64,000 nucleotides of DNA, from NCBI RefSeq assembly GCF_006345805.1, contig NC_043020.1, forward strand, positions 21,824,001 to 21,888,000. Reading direction: 5' to 3'. The notes beneath the pieces are model-generated. The model had not been told where the DNA came from. It was given only the letters and a program-made list of their open reading frames with translations, and made no database searches. The position numbers were made by a program, and so were the translations under genes. The stretch comes from Octopus sinensis. Taxonomy: Eukaryota. The first letter of the stretch is position 1, and each line of letters starts with the position of its first letter. Shown here one piece after another: positions 25,132 through 38,207 of this stretch.

Positions 25132-25410
25132 ATGGCCCGTGTGAATGGGCCTACTTTAAGTGTGCACCTGTAGGCCAGATGGAATGAGGAGGAGTGGAGT
25201 ACTTACCTGAGGTGCTTTGATGTTAGGGGTCCAAAGTGTGTGGGGTTCCTTTGGTTACCTCTTGGTGGAACTATCCCTATTGGGGTAGTACATTGTTGGT
25301 TTAATCTCCTTGTTAATTGTGATTTTTGCTTTTTACATGCTTAACCCCACTGTCCCTCATCTGTGTATCATCCTTTATGTTTTGTGTTTGGCCTTGGTGG
25401 CCAATAAATA
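25132..25410 (+). mobile_element. Severely 5'-truncated Tx1 3' end with (ATT)n tail (25412-25491)
   Basis: Colinear with 3160-3452. Confidence 0.88.
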
Positions 25411-25424
25411 AAGTATTATTATTA

Positions 25425-25491
<67 letters not shown>

Positions 25492-25494
25492 GTT

Positions 25495-25720
25495 CAAGGT
25501 AGCTAGCTGATACAATCATTAGGAATGCCAGACAAAATGCTTAGTGGTATTTCATTAGTCTTTATGTTTTGAGTTCAAATTTTACTGAGGTTGACTTTGC
25601 TTTCAATACTTTGGGGGGTTGATAAAATAAGTATCAGTTGAACACTGGGGTTGATGTAATTGACTTATCCCTTCCCCCCAAATTGCTGACCTTGTGCCAA
25701 AATTTGAAACCATTATTATT
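25495..25720 (+). mobile_element. SINE (same family as 3770-3930)
   Basis: B-box-like gagttcaaatt, shared body, ATT tail. Confidence 0.65.
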
Positions 25721-27094
25721 ATCACTGATTTTGTTATTATTATTATTAGAATTATTATATTCTTGGTGCATTGACCAGCAGTAGTTATTGCACATTCGAT
25801 TATAAATTGAGAGTCGTTGAGGTATTCATTTATTTGTTTACCTATTTCTTAATTATTCAATTAAGGCAGAGCAACTTAGAGTAAAGGAAAGGTTTTTATG
25901 GGAGGAGGGTGTATGTTTATGATTTTAAAACATATAATTTTCTAATAGCTTCTTAGCTAGAGGACAAAGAAAGTCAGGTTTACCTTTCAATCTCCTTAAT
26001 ATTCCTACAAAACATCCTAGGTGTAACTTCAAATATATTGGAAGAGGAAGGAAGAGAACTCATAATATCTCATATAAAAACACAAATATATCAGTAGGAG
26101 ACAAAATTGTCCAGTACCAGCAATGAGAATGCTAAATGCACTATCTGCCCTTTTAGGCTTTATCAGAGACATGTACTCTCTGGCAACTGCATGGAAAAAC
26201 AAAATCTGTTTTAAATACAGTATGATATTATCACTAAATGAATGCTGCAGTTAATTTGCCTTTCTGTGATTCATTTACATTAAGTGTGATGCCGATAATG
26301 GGTTTTTTATTTAGCTAGGTGGATATTTGCAACACCAGTGATTTTCAGTTGCTGTTTCTATATATCAGTGGTGTTGGCGTTTATCTTAGTATGTGATTAC
26401 CAGTGAGCACATGCTATTGACAAACCCCAAAGTCTTAGAAATGCACATCTATCATTCTCACTACTAGTGCTGGATGATTTCTGTCCACTACTGATTGCTT
26501 TTTTTGTAGAAGAAAGTGCCAATCTTATGGATTTGTTTAAGGTGGATTTCAGCTTGCCATGAAGTGACCCACACACTTGATTTCATGACTTTCCTCTGTG
26601 GCACATATAAAATGAAACATACAGGATCCAGTTATGAAATTGCAATGGACTACCACTGACCTGGTTATAGTTTTGAGCGGCACTTTCTGTAGCATATCCA
26701 TCATGTGTAGCTCTCTTCATCCACTGATTCAAGTATTGAGATCTGTTGTAGTCATCATCCGCTTGTTCCACTGTTGGGATTTTTAGGGCTGGTTGTACTT
26801 AATCACGGTGGAGGGGCTTGTGTGGACCAATGACTCTAAGAGTGATGCTATGGGAGTTCTAAACTCCTGACAGGACCACACTTGGTGGCAAGTTCAAAGT
26901 CGAGTACCCAGAGTAAGTACGACTAAGTGCAAGGTTACTGATACATTTGTGTTTTTAAATGCAGCATGTCCATAAGAGGTATTATCTGTGCATGAATAGC
27001 TCAGTTCATTTGCTTTGTGATGTATGTGTATGATTTATAGATAGCTACTTTAATCTAATACTGCTTCTGTTACAAATGGTTTGTCCATGCTATT

Positions 27095-27270
27095 CTGTAA
27101 GTACGTGTGTGTGTATGTATGTGTGTGTATGTATGTATGTGTGCGTGCGTGTGTGTGTATGTGTGTGTGCATGTATGTATGTATATGTATGTTTGTGTAT
27201 GTATGTATGTGTGTATGTATGTGTGTATATATGTATGTATGTGTGTATGTGTGTGTGTATGTATATGTAT
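27095..27270. repeat. (GT)n/(ATGT)n compound microsatellite
   Basis: Directly visible. Confidence 0.95.
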
Positions 27271-27489
27271 GCGTGGGATCGTTGTGTTAAATAAAGTTTC
27301 CAGTTTATTCTATTTTTCATATCTATTGTTTCTACCATATTCAACATACTCCGAGGAATTTCTAACGTTGATACAGTGATAATTGTGCAATTACCATGGA
27401 TGATGCTAGGTAGCAATGGGCAGTGAGCATGCTTTAGTGGCATACAAAAGTTAAAATTTTAAATTTCAACTTTAGTTTTAACATATATA

Positions 27490-27775
27490 TATATTGATTA
27501 TCATGAGTGGTTCACTCTAACAGCTGACCATGTCACATGACACCATACCATCAGTGATGTTGTTTCCTCCTTTGAGATCTCTTGCAGTACCTCTCTTGAA
27601 GACAAATGTCAGAGGCAAAAAAAAAATGCAGCTGCATCATCAGACCCTGAACAACCATACCTCTGTCATCACTGCAATTGGATATTTCGATCCCACATTG
27701 GCCTCATCAGCCACGAACAAGCGTGCAGATGATGTGGACAACAGCCTTCCTAATCTTCGTTAGTGAAGTGATGCC
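27490..27775 (+). mobile_element. RTE LINE 3' end with C2H2-type zinc finger
   Basis: Frameshifted translation ...LEDK...YLCHHCNWIFRSHIGLISHEQAC, typical RTE C-terminal CxxC..HIGL.SH motif. Confidence 0.7.
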
Positions 27776-27936
27776 AGGAGGGAGGAGAATATATATATAT
27801 ATATATAATATTAATTAGAGACAAAACTACTATTTTGCAAAACAAACAAGGAAAGACTTAATCAATACATAAAATTTTAATAAAAAGTAAAAAATAAAAA
27901 ATAACACACACACACACACATATATATATGTTCTAT

Positions 27937-28760
27937 ATACAACGTGTGGTGAATAAATTGTCATCTAAGTTACGCAAAAATGAAAATAACACTGAGATCT
28001 CATTTTAACTGATATATTTACCAAAATTACAGAAAAATATCTTGAAATACTAAAAAATAAATTTATTCAATAAAATCGCCATTTGGCTTGAACCTCCACA
28101 GTCTCCAGACGACTACGGAATTTCCTGTAACACTTCTGGACAGTGCTCTTATTTCAATCGGTGAATGCTGCTAAAATCCTTGCCTTCAGTTCATCTTTGG
28201 TGTTACAAGATTTGTTGGTCTTTCACTCAAATTCGCCCTACACATAATAATCAAGAGGGGTGCAGTCTGGGAAGTAAGGTGGTCAGATGTTAGAGGTGAT
28301 GAGGTCTGACAGCCATGACCAGGTTCTCCTGCTCATGTCTTTCATGGTGCAGAGTCCTGTTGTTAGACACAGGGTCTTCCAGCAGCCACCTTCTTGACCC
28401 AGAGTTATACTACCTCCTCCAGGTACTTGATGTAGGTCTCCGTGTTTGAGTCTGAGGCCGTGTGGGAAGATGAATGGAGGCATTATGTCACCATCACTAG
28501 TGATCACTCCAAACACCATAATGTTGACTGGATGTTTGATTTTTATCACTCTTGGTACATGTCCTTAGATTGCACTGTTCTCAGATTGACACCCAAACAC
28601 TCTGAAATGTTTGTATTGGAGCTTCTGGCACAAATGCCAAGCAGTACAGCATGTTGTTTCCAAATTTTTGGCAGAGTGAATTGCATCATGGTGCTGTGTT
28701 TTTCTCACAGATGGTACCCAACTGACCCTACTATACTGTGTAGTTGACAAAATCAAAAAC
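27937..28760 (-). mobile_element. Degenerate Tc1/mariner-superfamily transposase, maT (DD37D)-like
   Basis: KHPVNIMVFGVITSDGDIMPPFIFPHGLRL, WPPY.PDCTPLDYYV, TKDELKARI, KFRSRLE. Confidence 0.8.
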
Positions 28761-28942
28761 AATGTAAATAAAATAAATGGATAAAATCTATATAATATTT
28801 TATCGAGTAGCCAGCATGTAAAACCAATTAAGGAAAAATATTAATACAAAGTATATAATTTTTTTCCTTCATATATAAAATACATTATAATACCAAAGGC
28901 TATTTACTATACTTAAAACTACACGCTTTAAGGGGACTCTTT

Positions 28943-29501
28943 TAAAATGTACACTGTATTTTATGACTAATACATAATCTTTGGACTAAATTTTTACATG
29001 CTAGGCCACTGGAAGTAAAAATTTCTATTAATTTCCATTTCCCTTTAATATGATTAAATATTGTAAGTCTTTGGATAATTTTTGGTTTTTAAAAGTTGGC
29101 GTATTTTTATTGCCGGCGAAGGACTGCGTCTGCACAGTAGATTTTGAAAAAATTAGGATGTATAAATAAGGGGCACATAGTTTGATTGCCTTGTGTTTCT
29201 ATATTTAATCTAAGGTGTACCTGTTGAAAACGATTTCACCTCGCGAGTAAAAGTTATTTACTTGCTAAACTAAAATAAGAAACCAATTGGTCCAGGAAAT
29301 TAGATGGTAACATGTTTTTATTTTTTCATTTGGTTCCTGTTGAAGTTCTTTCTAGTATGTTGAATCCCATAAGTGGATTCCTTATGAGTTTAAATGTACA
29401 CTGTATTTTATGACTAATACATAGTCTTTGGACTAAATTTTTACATGCTAGGCCACTGGAAATGAAAATTTCTATTAATTTCCATTTCCCTTTGATATGA
29501 T

Positions 29502-29508
<7 letters not shown>
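28943..29508. repeat. 118-bp direct repeat (28943-29061 and 29391-29508), possibly PLE-derived
   Basis: aaatgtacactgtattttatgac...atatgattaaatat present twice. PLE origin is weak inference. Confidence 0.75.
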
Positions 29509-29544
<36 letters not shown>

Positions 29545-29589
29545 TCGGGGTGAGTACTTGATAATTATAAGCACCTGTGTATACCGTTT

Positions 29590-31560
29590 GGTGGTGTAGG
29601 TGGTGTAGGTGGTGTAGGAGGTGCACGTAAAGGAATACCTGATACGTACAGTTCGCCTGTTGGAACCGGTGACAGCAGTGGTGTTGGTGATGAAGGGGCA
29701 GGTGTTGCAGCGGGATCTGGAGCATGGGAAGGATCCGAGTGGGGCCGAGGGGGAAGAAGGGAGGGTGCTACGGACCAGGAAGTCGCGTAGATTCCGGGCT
29801 CGTTTGATGGAGGACAGGGGTGGGTTGGGGAAAATGGGGTGGGTCGTGGAATCGAGCTGGAGACGACGGAAGGCACGAAGTATCTTCCGACGAAGGGGTA
29901 GAGTAGAGAGGTGGAAAAGGAGGGGAAAGGGGGTGCGGTTGGGGGGGGGGTGATTGGAAGGAGAAAGGGCGGTGGTGCGGTCGATGCGACGAGCGCGGGC
30001 GAGGGCGCTCAAGACCAGGGTAGGTGGGTATCCTCGAAGCCTGAACAGGCGGGCCAGGTATTGAGACTGGGTCTCGAAATCCTCGTCGCGGCTGCACAAG
30101 CGTCGGAGGCGGAGGAACTAGGAGTAGGGGATAGCCCGTTTGGTGTGGAAGGGATGGGAGGAGGAGAAGTTGAGATAGAGGTGGGAATCCGTGGGTTTGA
30201 AGAAAGCGGAGGTGGTGAGAGAGTGGGAGTGGTGGTCGATGCTGAGTGAGATATCAAGGAAGTTAACGGAAGTATTGGATATGGTGGAAGTGAATTGTAG
30301 AGAGGGGTGGAAGTTAGAGAGGAAAGAGATATATACAGTCGTCTATGTAACGACCGTATAGTTCTGGGGTCGGCCCGGAGAATTGGGAGAATACTTGGGC
30401 CTCAATGTAGCCAACAAAGGGATTGGCGAAATTGGGACCCATTCTCGTTCCCATCGCGACCCCGGACGCCTGTTGGTACGTTTCCCCGGCGAACGTGGAA
30501 CAGTTAAGGGTTAGGACGAGCTCTGCCAGGCGGAGGAGGGTGGGGGTGCTAGGAGTAGGGTCGGGGCGACGGTCGAGGAAGTGTTGGAGAGCTAGGAGAC
30601 CGTCGTTGTGGGGAATTACTGTATACAGTGATTTGATGTCAAGGGTGAAGAGGAGGTGTGAGGGGCTGGAAGGGAAGGAAAAAGAATGGAAGAGACGGAG
30701 GGCGTGGTTGGTATCATGTATGTGGGAAGGGAGGGCTTTGACTAAAGGGGACAGGATACGGTCGAGGTATAGGGAAATGTGTTCAGTAGGGCAATTACAG
30801 GCGGAAACGATGGGGCGGCCCGGGGTATTGGGCTTATGAATTTTGGGAAGGAAATAGATGGTGGAGGTGCGGGGTGTGCGGACGATGAGGTTGGTGGCGG
30901 TGGGGGGGAGCAGAAGAGGAGATGAGTTCGCGGATAGTGGAGGACACTCGCTGTTGGTAGGAAGAGGTGGGATCAGAGGGGAGGAGGCGATAGAAGAGGG
31001 GATTTTGAAGCTGGCTGAGCGCTTCCTCCCTGTAAAGATCCGCGCGCCACACCACCACTGCTCCGCCTTTGTCCGCCGGTTTGATGACAATGTCATTGCG
31101 GCCACGGAGGTGGCGAAGGGTAACCAATTCAGCCTGTGTGAGGTTGTCTCGGAGAGGTCTTTTTTAAAAATTAAACCGGTTTACCAACGCGTTGCAGTCG
31201 TTCACAAACGAGTCTAGACTACTGAATTGGCCCGGGGGCGGCGTCCAGTTGGATGGGCGGCGCCCCAGCTCCAAAAAGCAATCCTGATTGTCGTGACGCT
31301 GCGGAGACGCGTGGTAGAAGGCGCAAAGTTTGAGGCGGCGCAGGAACTGGTTGACGTCCGTCCGAGTCTCGAATTCGTCACAGTGGCGCGTGAGAGGCGT
31401 GAAGCGAAGTCCCTTACTGAGGAGGGGGCGCTCGGCTGCGGAGAGGGGGAGATTGGGGGGTATAGTGACAACAGTGCGAGGAAGCGGGGTGGTGGGATGA
31501 GTGGGGTCAGGAAGAGGGGGTGCAGAGGTGTGCAGTCACAGGAAATCTTGCACAACAAAT
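29590..31560 (-). mobile_element. GC-rich Penelope-like element (RT and Cys-rich linker, truncated before GIY-YIG), Neptune-like
   Basis: LLSKGLRFTP, DIVIKPADKGGAVVVW, YFLPKIHKP..PGRPIVS, LDIKSLYT, GVAMGTRMGP, RYIDD, RGYP, RARNLRDFLV, PCSRSRCNTC. Confidence 0.92.
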
Positions 31561-31574
31561 ATTTAAACGTATAT

Positions 31575-31608
<34 letters not shown>

Positions 31609-31619
31609 ATATATATATA

Positions 31620-31795
31620 TAAAATCCAAAAGAACAACACACAAAAAAACAGCAATGCAAGGACATGGTACATGTAAAGTATTAACAGACACTCAGGTAA
31701 GGAAAGAAAGATGGTTTAATGTTTCATGCACACTCCCTTCTTCGGAAACAGAGGAAAGTCCAATAGAAGGGAAGACGGAGGAAGAAAATCACAAA
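31620..31795 (-). mobile_element. Probable PLE pseudo-LTR fragment with degenerate hammerhead-like core
   Basis: Minus strand tccgaagaag...gaaacatt; lies upstream of the PLE ORF next to (TA)n. Confidence 0.35.
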
Positions 31796-31803
31796 TGAAT
31801 ATA

Positions 31804-32543
31804 CAGGCATACCTCAGCTTAAGTCATTCTCAATTATACATTGGCTTTCAAAAATAATACACGGAAAAATAAAAATTAAGTCGTCATTTTACTTGACTTT
31901 ACGTCTGTCCGTCACAAATATTGTAATCGTAAAATCACCAGAAAACTATTAAAAGCGCATAAGATCATGTTACTGTAAAATATAAATAAGAATAAAAGCA
32001 TATAAAATCATATTAAAATATGTACAGTAAATGTTAAGTTACTCATCATAAAGTAGTGTAGCTTAGTGAACAAAATCACGAAATCACCAAATTGTATGTT
32101 CATATTAGTAAATTTTAAATAATGATTTTTTTTACTATTGCATAATAATAATAATTACTGAATTTGTTTTTTAAGCTTAAAAAATGCTTTTCTTTTACCA
32201 TGTCTTATTGCAAACCACATTCATAAATAAAGCATCCGCAATGTACTGTAAACACCACCAAATTATACTCATAGATTTAGATTACGCTTTTTTTTTACTG
32301 TACTGTATTAAAAAATAAAATTATTTGTTTTTAAGCTTAAAATAGATTTTCATTCACCATGTATTATTGAAAATGCATTCATAAATAAAGTACAGAAGTG
32401 GGAATGGTTATTATCAGTTTAATCCAGAGACAAGTAAATTAAGCCTAGCCTAGCCTAGAGACAAGTTAATTCGACTTAAGTTATTTTTCGACTTAAGTTG
32501 TGTCTCCTGGAACCAATTAACGACGTAGGGTGAGGTATGCCTA
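31804..32543. mobile_element. Tigger/pogo-type MITE
   Basis: TA-caggcatacctca at 31802-31816 and tgaggtatgcct at 32531-32542 (TIRs); AT-rich interior with an internal duplication. Confidence 0.7.
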
Positions 32544-32559
32544 TTTATATATAAAGACT

Positions 32560-33070
32560 GTGTAAAGGAAAACCTGAAGAAACTAGATGTGAACAAAAGT
32601 GACTGGGAAACTGATGCTCTGGTTTGAAACAAGTGGAGTAGTGCTGCTTTAGGACTGGTTGCAATGCCTAGGAAGAAAAGATGATTCAGCACTCTGAGCT
32701 TAGAAGAGCCTGTCGAAAAGGAACAATTGGAATTAAAGTCAGCAGTGAATATTGGATATGTATTGTGTGTGATTGTGTTCTGTTGTCTAAAGCAGGATAC
32801 GTGAAGTTACATGAAAATTGAAATGCCCAAGTAGGTAATAATCTTGAACCCCAACCACCTCTTACAACTTGTGTCATATGTCACAAAACCTGTGTGACAA
32901 TATCTGGGCTTAAAAGACATATGCTAGGACGCAGAAGCATTCCTTCAGAATCAGATTCCAAAGGGCAAAGATATAGAAGAAATGTGCATAATATCTGTCA
33001 CTTATTTGTAAACCTTATCAGTCAGCAGCTAGTCTTAAAAGTCATCTGAGGGATCATCAACAGAGGGATT
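32560..33070 (+). mobile_element. Degenerate RTE-like 3' end with three C2H2-like fingers
   Basis: VKENLKKLDVNKSDWETDAL; CIVC..SKAGY; CVICHKTCVTISGLKRH; C..KPYQSAASLKSHLRDH. Confidence 0.6.
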
Positions 33071-33299
33071 GTGTGATGGATTGTGGTGTGTGTGCTGATG
33101 CAACAGTTATCATCTGTCAAGATGAAGCAATTATCATATATATATACAACTCACCTGCTGGATCTAGCAAACATATGCACCTAAATACCAATGAAGGAGA
33201 CGTAAACTGTAATGCAAAGTACCAAATACAGCCAAATTGTGATAGTAGAAATGATTATGATATTGCTAACACAGTAACAACGTTAGAAAATGAAGTCAC

Positions 33300-34220
33300 A
33301 ACTGCCATATATACAAATAAATATAATAAATGCTCATTGATATAATAAATGTGCATTGATGAATCTTTGTATGAGCATAAATCTTGTACCGTACACACAA
33401 GGGGCAAACAGTTGATTCATTTAAGAATCGTTATTGCAACCAAGTCACCAGCTTCGAGGGAATCAACAAGAGGCATTCAACATCTTTGGCTGATTTTGTG
33501 TGGCAACTGAAGGAAGATAAAATTAAGTATAACATAACTTGGTCCATAATAAGGCATGCAAAACCATACAGTATCATTTCCAGGAGTTACTGACTCTGCT
33601 CCGAGAAATCCCTGTCTATTCTGTAGGCCAATGAGAAGATCATTAATAGAATTTCTGAAAGACTTTCAAGATCTCTACATGCATATAAATGTACTTTCAC
33701 ACAATGCAGTGGGAATGAATTTGTGTAACTACTAACATAATTTACTTTAAGGTATGGATGAATTAAGTTTAGCTTTAACCTCTCCATTCTTTTAAACACC
33801 AAGTAGCTATTTAACTCACTATGTGAATGTGTGTGCACAAAACCACACGTGTGTATGCTTACATCTTCATGGATGTTTGTATGAGTGAGTGTACGTATAC
33901 CATGCAGCTTGCGCAAGGATGTTTATATATCCATATCTGTTAACGATATATTTAAAAAACTTTTCTCGGTGTATTGTGTGTTCCTTTCTTTTTTGCATGT
34001 TATTTTATTTTTGATCTTCTTTGTAAATGAAAATATATCCTTTGTTTTGCTGCTTTTCTTTACATGAAATGAGAAGATACATTGTGGAACTGTTATTTTA
34101 ACAAGTTATATCTATTTATCACATGAGGAAACACATCTATACTGTTGGATGTTCTTAAATCAGCTGTTAAGTATCCCACCTATGAGGGATGTATCAAAAC
34201 AATTGTCGTGATTAATAAAA
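33300..34220 (+). mobile_element. Penelope-like GIY-YIG endonuclease remnant and 3' pLTR
   Basis: FKNRYCNQVTSF...RHSTSLADFVWQLKE...YNITWSII..AKPY...LCSEK; degenerate hammerhead at 34177-34210. Confidence 0.75.
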
Positions 34221-34272
34221 ATTCTTATATCTTCCATTTTCTGTTTTTCATTTATCATATATATATATATAT

Positions 34273-34346
<74 letters not shown>

Positions 34347-34351
34347 TATAT

Positions 34352-34685
34352 ATGCTGAGACCCCCTTCAGTCATGCCTGACCATGGGATTGCACCTAGAA
34401 AGTTACCCTCAGGCACAAGTCTGGGCAAGATTGTTTATGGAAGACCAGCAGTCGCCCATGCATACTGACATCATCTCTCCACGCCACCAGTGTTATCCAA
34501 GGGAAAGGCAAATGCCGATACAGCTTGGCACCTGTGACGTCACAACTCATTTCTACACCTGAGTGAACTGGAGCAATGTGAAATAAAGTGTCTTGCTCAA
34601 GAATACAACACGCAGCCCAGTCCAGGTTTTGAACTCACAGCCTCATGATCATAGCTCGATGCTCTAACCACTGAACCATGCACCT
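34352..34685 (-). mobile_element. tRNA-derived SINE
   Basis: Minus strand ggtgcatggttcagtggttagagc (A box)...gagttcaaaacc (B box)...cttgagcaagacactttatttcac conserved body; inserted in (TA)n. Confidence 0.8.
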
Positions 34686-34692
34686 GATATAT

Positions 34693-34746
<54 letters not shown>

Positions 34747-34747
<1 letters not shown>

Positions 34748-35909
34748 TAGCATTATGACCCGTTGTTGCCAGGTCATACTGCTAGTGCATGCATATATGT
34801 GTACATATTACATGTACATCTATATATATACATCTACACATAAAATACAAAATACAAAGTTATATCTTGATATCGCTAGTGATAACAATACTCAAAATAT
34901 ATAACAGACTGGAATTGTAAGCTCATCTTTTGCAATTTCGATCAATTGCATCTTGTCCTCCCTCTTGTATAGAAGTGTGGCTACAATCCAGCCTATCTCA
35001 ACTTCGGTGGGGGGGGGGGCATTTTTAATTTTTATCCGGCACGTCTAGTTCCCAGATATAAAGGTAAAAATAAAATATTTATTTCCACTTTGCAAGTTTG
35101 AGTCGAGTACTCCCTTGCACGCTCCGTTGACTCGAACCTTGCTTCTATTGTGGCGAATTTACCGCCTCTGGTTAGATATCTTTCATAGTCGCACCAAGAC
35201 ACTTTTCGATGGTGATTTCCTCCAGGTGTTTAAATCTTCTTTTTTCTCTACATTGTATACTTTATAGACAATAGTTTTTTCTTTAATTTAATTTTGTATT
35301 ATCCATCTCGACTATTCCATTTCTGCATGCTAATTTTATTTTTAATTTATTCCCATTCATGTGAAACCACTTATTCAAGTTCAAGTCATTGATGCAATTT
35401 TATACCAATTGCTATTTTTACTTTTGTTATGTTACGATTATATTATACTTTAGTTTGATTTTAATTATTACTTACTACAAATAATTCAATTGTTAGTATT
35501 ATTTTTATTGTTAAAGTGAAAGTATCTGACATAAAATAGAGAAATGTTTTTGTTTCACTTTTAACACGTAATACTGAAATAGTGGAGAAGATATGATATT
35601 GCTATGGGCTCGCTCTAGGCAAGAAGTTGAACGTTTTTTTTGCCCATGCAACTACATTGTCCCTAAGTAAGGCATGTGTAAAATTTGAATGAAATTGGTT
35701 GTGTAGTTCTCAAGTTTTAGGGAATCGTAGTGGAGAAGATATGATATTGCTGTGGGCTTGCCCTAGGCAAAAAGTTAAAATTTGTTTTGCTGATGACACT
35801 CCCCGGACCCCAAGTAAGGCATGTGTAAAATTTGAATGAAATTGGTTCTGTAGTTCTCAAATTTTAGGGAAAGACACAGAGAGACACACATTCTCAGTTT
35901 TATATATAT
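34747..35909 (-). mobile_element. Non-autonomous Helitron-like element (3' hairpin and CTAG), with internal ~145-bp tandem duplication
   Basis: Minus-strand end tatgacc-loop-ggtcata-atgCTAG|T; duplicate blocks ~35580-35725 and ~35728-35870. Confidence 0.65.
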
Positions 35910-35910
35910 A

Positions 35911-36305
35911 CTAGCAGTATCGCCCGGCGTTGCTCGGGTTTGTAAGGGAAATAACTATATAAGCATTTTTAGAGAGTTATAGCCAAAAAATAGCAAAAAA
36001 TGCATTAAAAATGGAAAAAAATTAAGGTAAATTTTTTTTAAATCGTTGACACATCGTAGATATTTTTAGAGAGTTACTTCCCTTATATAATAGCGAAAAA
36101 AATGCATTAAAATGGAAAAATATGATGGTAAATTTTTTTTAAATCGTAGACTCATCGTAGATGCGCGCTAATACCCAGAAGGGCTCGATATGAATCACGA
36201 CTATAAGATACCCGCTTTTGGTTAAACTGCACCGCAAAATGTGGGAGTAGTTACGAATCTAAATCGTAGGAGACAGACACACAGCTTCACTCTTATATAT
36301 AAAGA
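35911..36305 (-). mobile_element. Non-autonomous Helitron
   Basis: A|TCTTTATATATAAG 5' end; cccgagcaacgccggg hairpin followed by CTAG|T 3' end. Confidence 0.8.
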
Positions 36306-36413
36306 TATAAGCCACGTAGTTATATACACATACTTTGTTATATACACATTCTTAAAAGAAAATGTTATTTTGAACACAACATTTATAAAGAATAAAATAT
36401 TTTTTGGTTTTTC

Positions 36414-37080
36414 TTAACCCTTTCGTTACTATATTTCTGACCAAAATACACCCCTTATGTGTTTCAATTAATTTCTAACGTAATCATAAATTTAGTCTGG
36501 TTTCATTAAACAACTATAACTTTTTTATTTATCAATATATTAACGTGAATTTTGGAAGATAATTTAATGAAATGTTCTCAACCAATTCTATACTATAATT
36601 TTTGTCACAAAGTGACTCTAATTGCAGGTAGATACAGGTAAATTCAACAAAATATAAAATTATAAAAATTTTGTTCAAACATCGCTTTAGAAAATGGGTT
36701 ATTAGCTAATATTCAATTGGGTATACAACAAAATTTTACGATAGAATTTGTTATTCTGGGCAACTTTCTGATACCCATAATATTTATGGCAAAATAGGCC
36801 TTAATTTCATTTAAGGTTATGGGAAACCACAAACTATCCTTTCTTTCGCTTTGTTTACGTTTAGCGTAACGGTTCGTTTCCGCCGTAATGATTTCAAATG
36901 GGCTCATTCGAAAAAGTAGAAAGAAATAGTCTAAGGCTTTACTCTTCTGGGAAAGTCTGTGGCTTGGTCCAGTTTCTTCAGAAAAATCACCGAAAGAAAC
37001 AGTTTTTAAATTTTCACTCCATTCAGGTGCCAATTCATTTTCTTTATCACTGTCGGAGATCTCAGATTCACTGTTTTCAC
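36414..37080 (-). mobile_element. Internally deleted piggyBac element (one TTAA-CCC end, transposase N-terminal fragment)
   Basis: TTAA|CCCTTTCG at 36414; ORF 36713-37033 LDYFFLLF...EIITAETNRYA...W.PITLNEIKAYFAINIMGIRKLP. Confidence 0.8.
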
Positions 37081-37189
37081 TTTAATCGTTGCAAACTTGC
37101 AAAGAGAAAGTCGTAGAAATTAGAGTGATAGCGTGAGTGAATCAGATCGCTCTCTTTTTGTGTGTGTGTGTGCGTATGCTATAGCCCAC

Positions 37190-37644
<455 letters not shown>

Positions 37645-37645
37645 A

Positions 37646-38039
37646 CTAGCAGTATCGCCCGGCGTTGCTCGGGTTTGTAAGGGAAATAATTATATAAGCA
37701 TTTTTAGAGATGTAAAGTATAATAGCCATCTCAATATGGCTAACCACAAAGGGGGAGGGGTGTTACTGTAGCTTTTTACGTTCTGAGATTTAATAATAAA
37801 TGTTAGAGAGTTACTTCCCTTATATATGTCAAAAATGGATTAAAAATGGGAAAAATTGATGGTAAATTTTTTTTAAATCGTAGACTCATCGTAGACGCGC
37901 GCTAATACATAGACGGTCTCGATATGAATCACGACTATAAGATACCTGCTTTTGGTTAAACTGCACCGCAAAATGTGGGAGTAGTTAGGAATCTAAATCG
38001 TAGGAGACAGACACACAACCTCACTTTTATATATAAAGA
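37646..38039 (-). mobile_element. Non-autonomous Helitron, second copy of the 35911-36305 family
   Basis: Same TC...hairpin-CTAG termini and interior. Confidence 0.8.
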
Positions 38040-38207
38040 TTTCCTCTATTTACATAATATTGAGGTCTCTTTCTTTCTTTTGTTATCTTACTGTTTTTAC
38101 CAATATACATATATATATATATATATATATAAATATATATATAGTTACAGAGATGTACTTGCATAGCAAGTGACTTGATCTGAGATCGTGTGCTGGAACG
38201 AAAACAG

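Noticed and set aside
25750-26960. Possible decayed PLE or DIRS coding remnants
   Set aside because: Only vague motif resemblance; cannot assign
29565-30839. Long overlapping antisense or alternative-frame ORFs in the GC-rich PLE, and likewise in the Gypsy
   Set aside because: Expected from high GC and few stops; no recognisable domains
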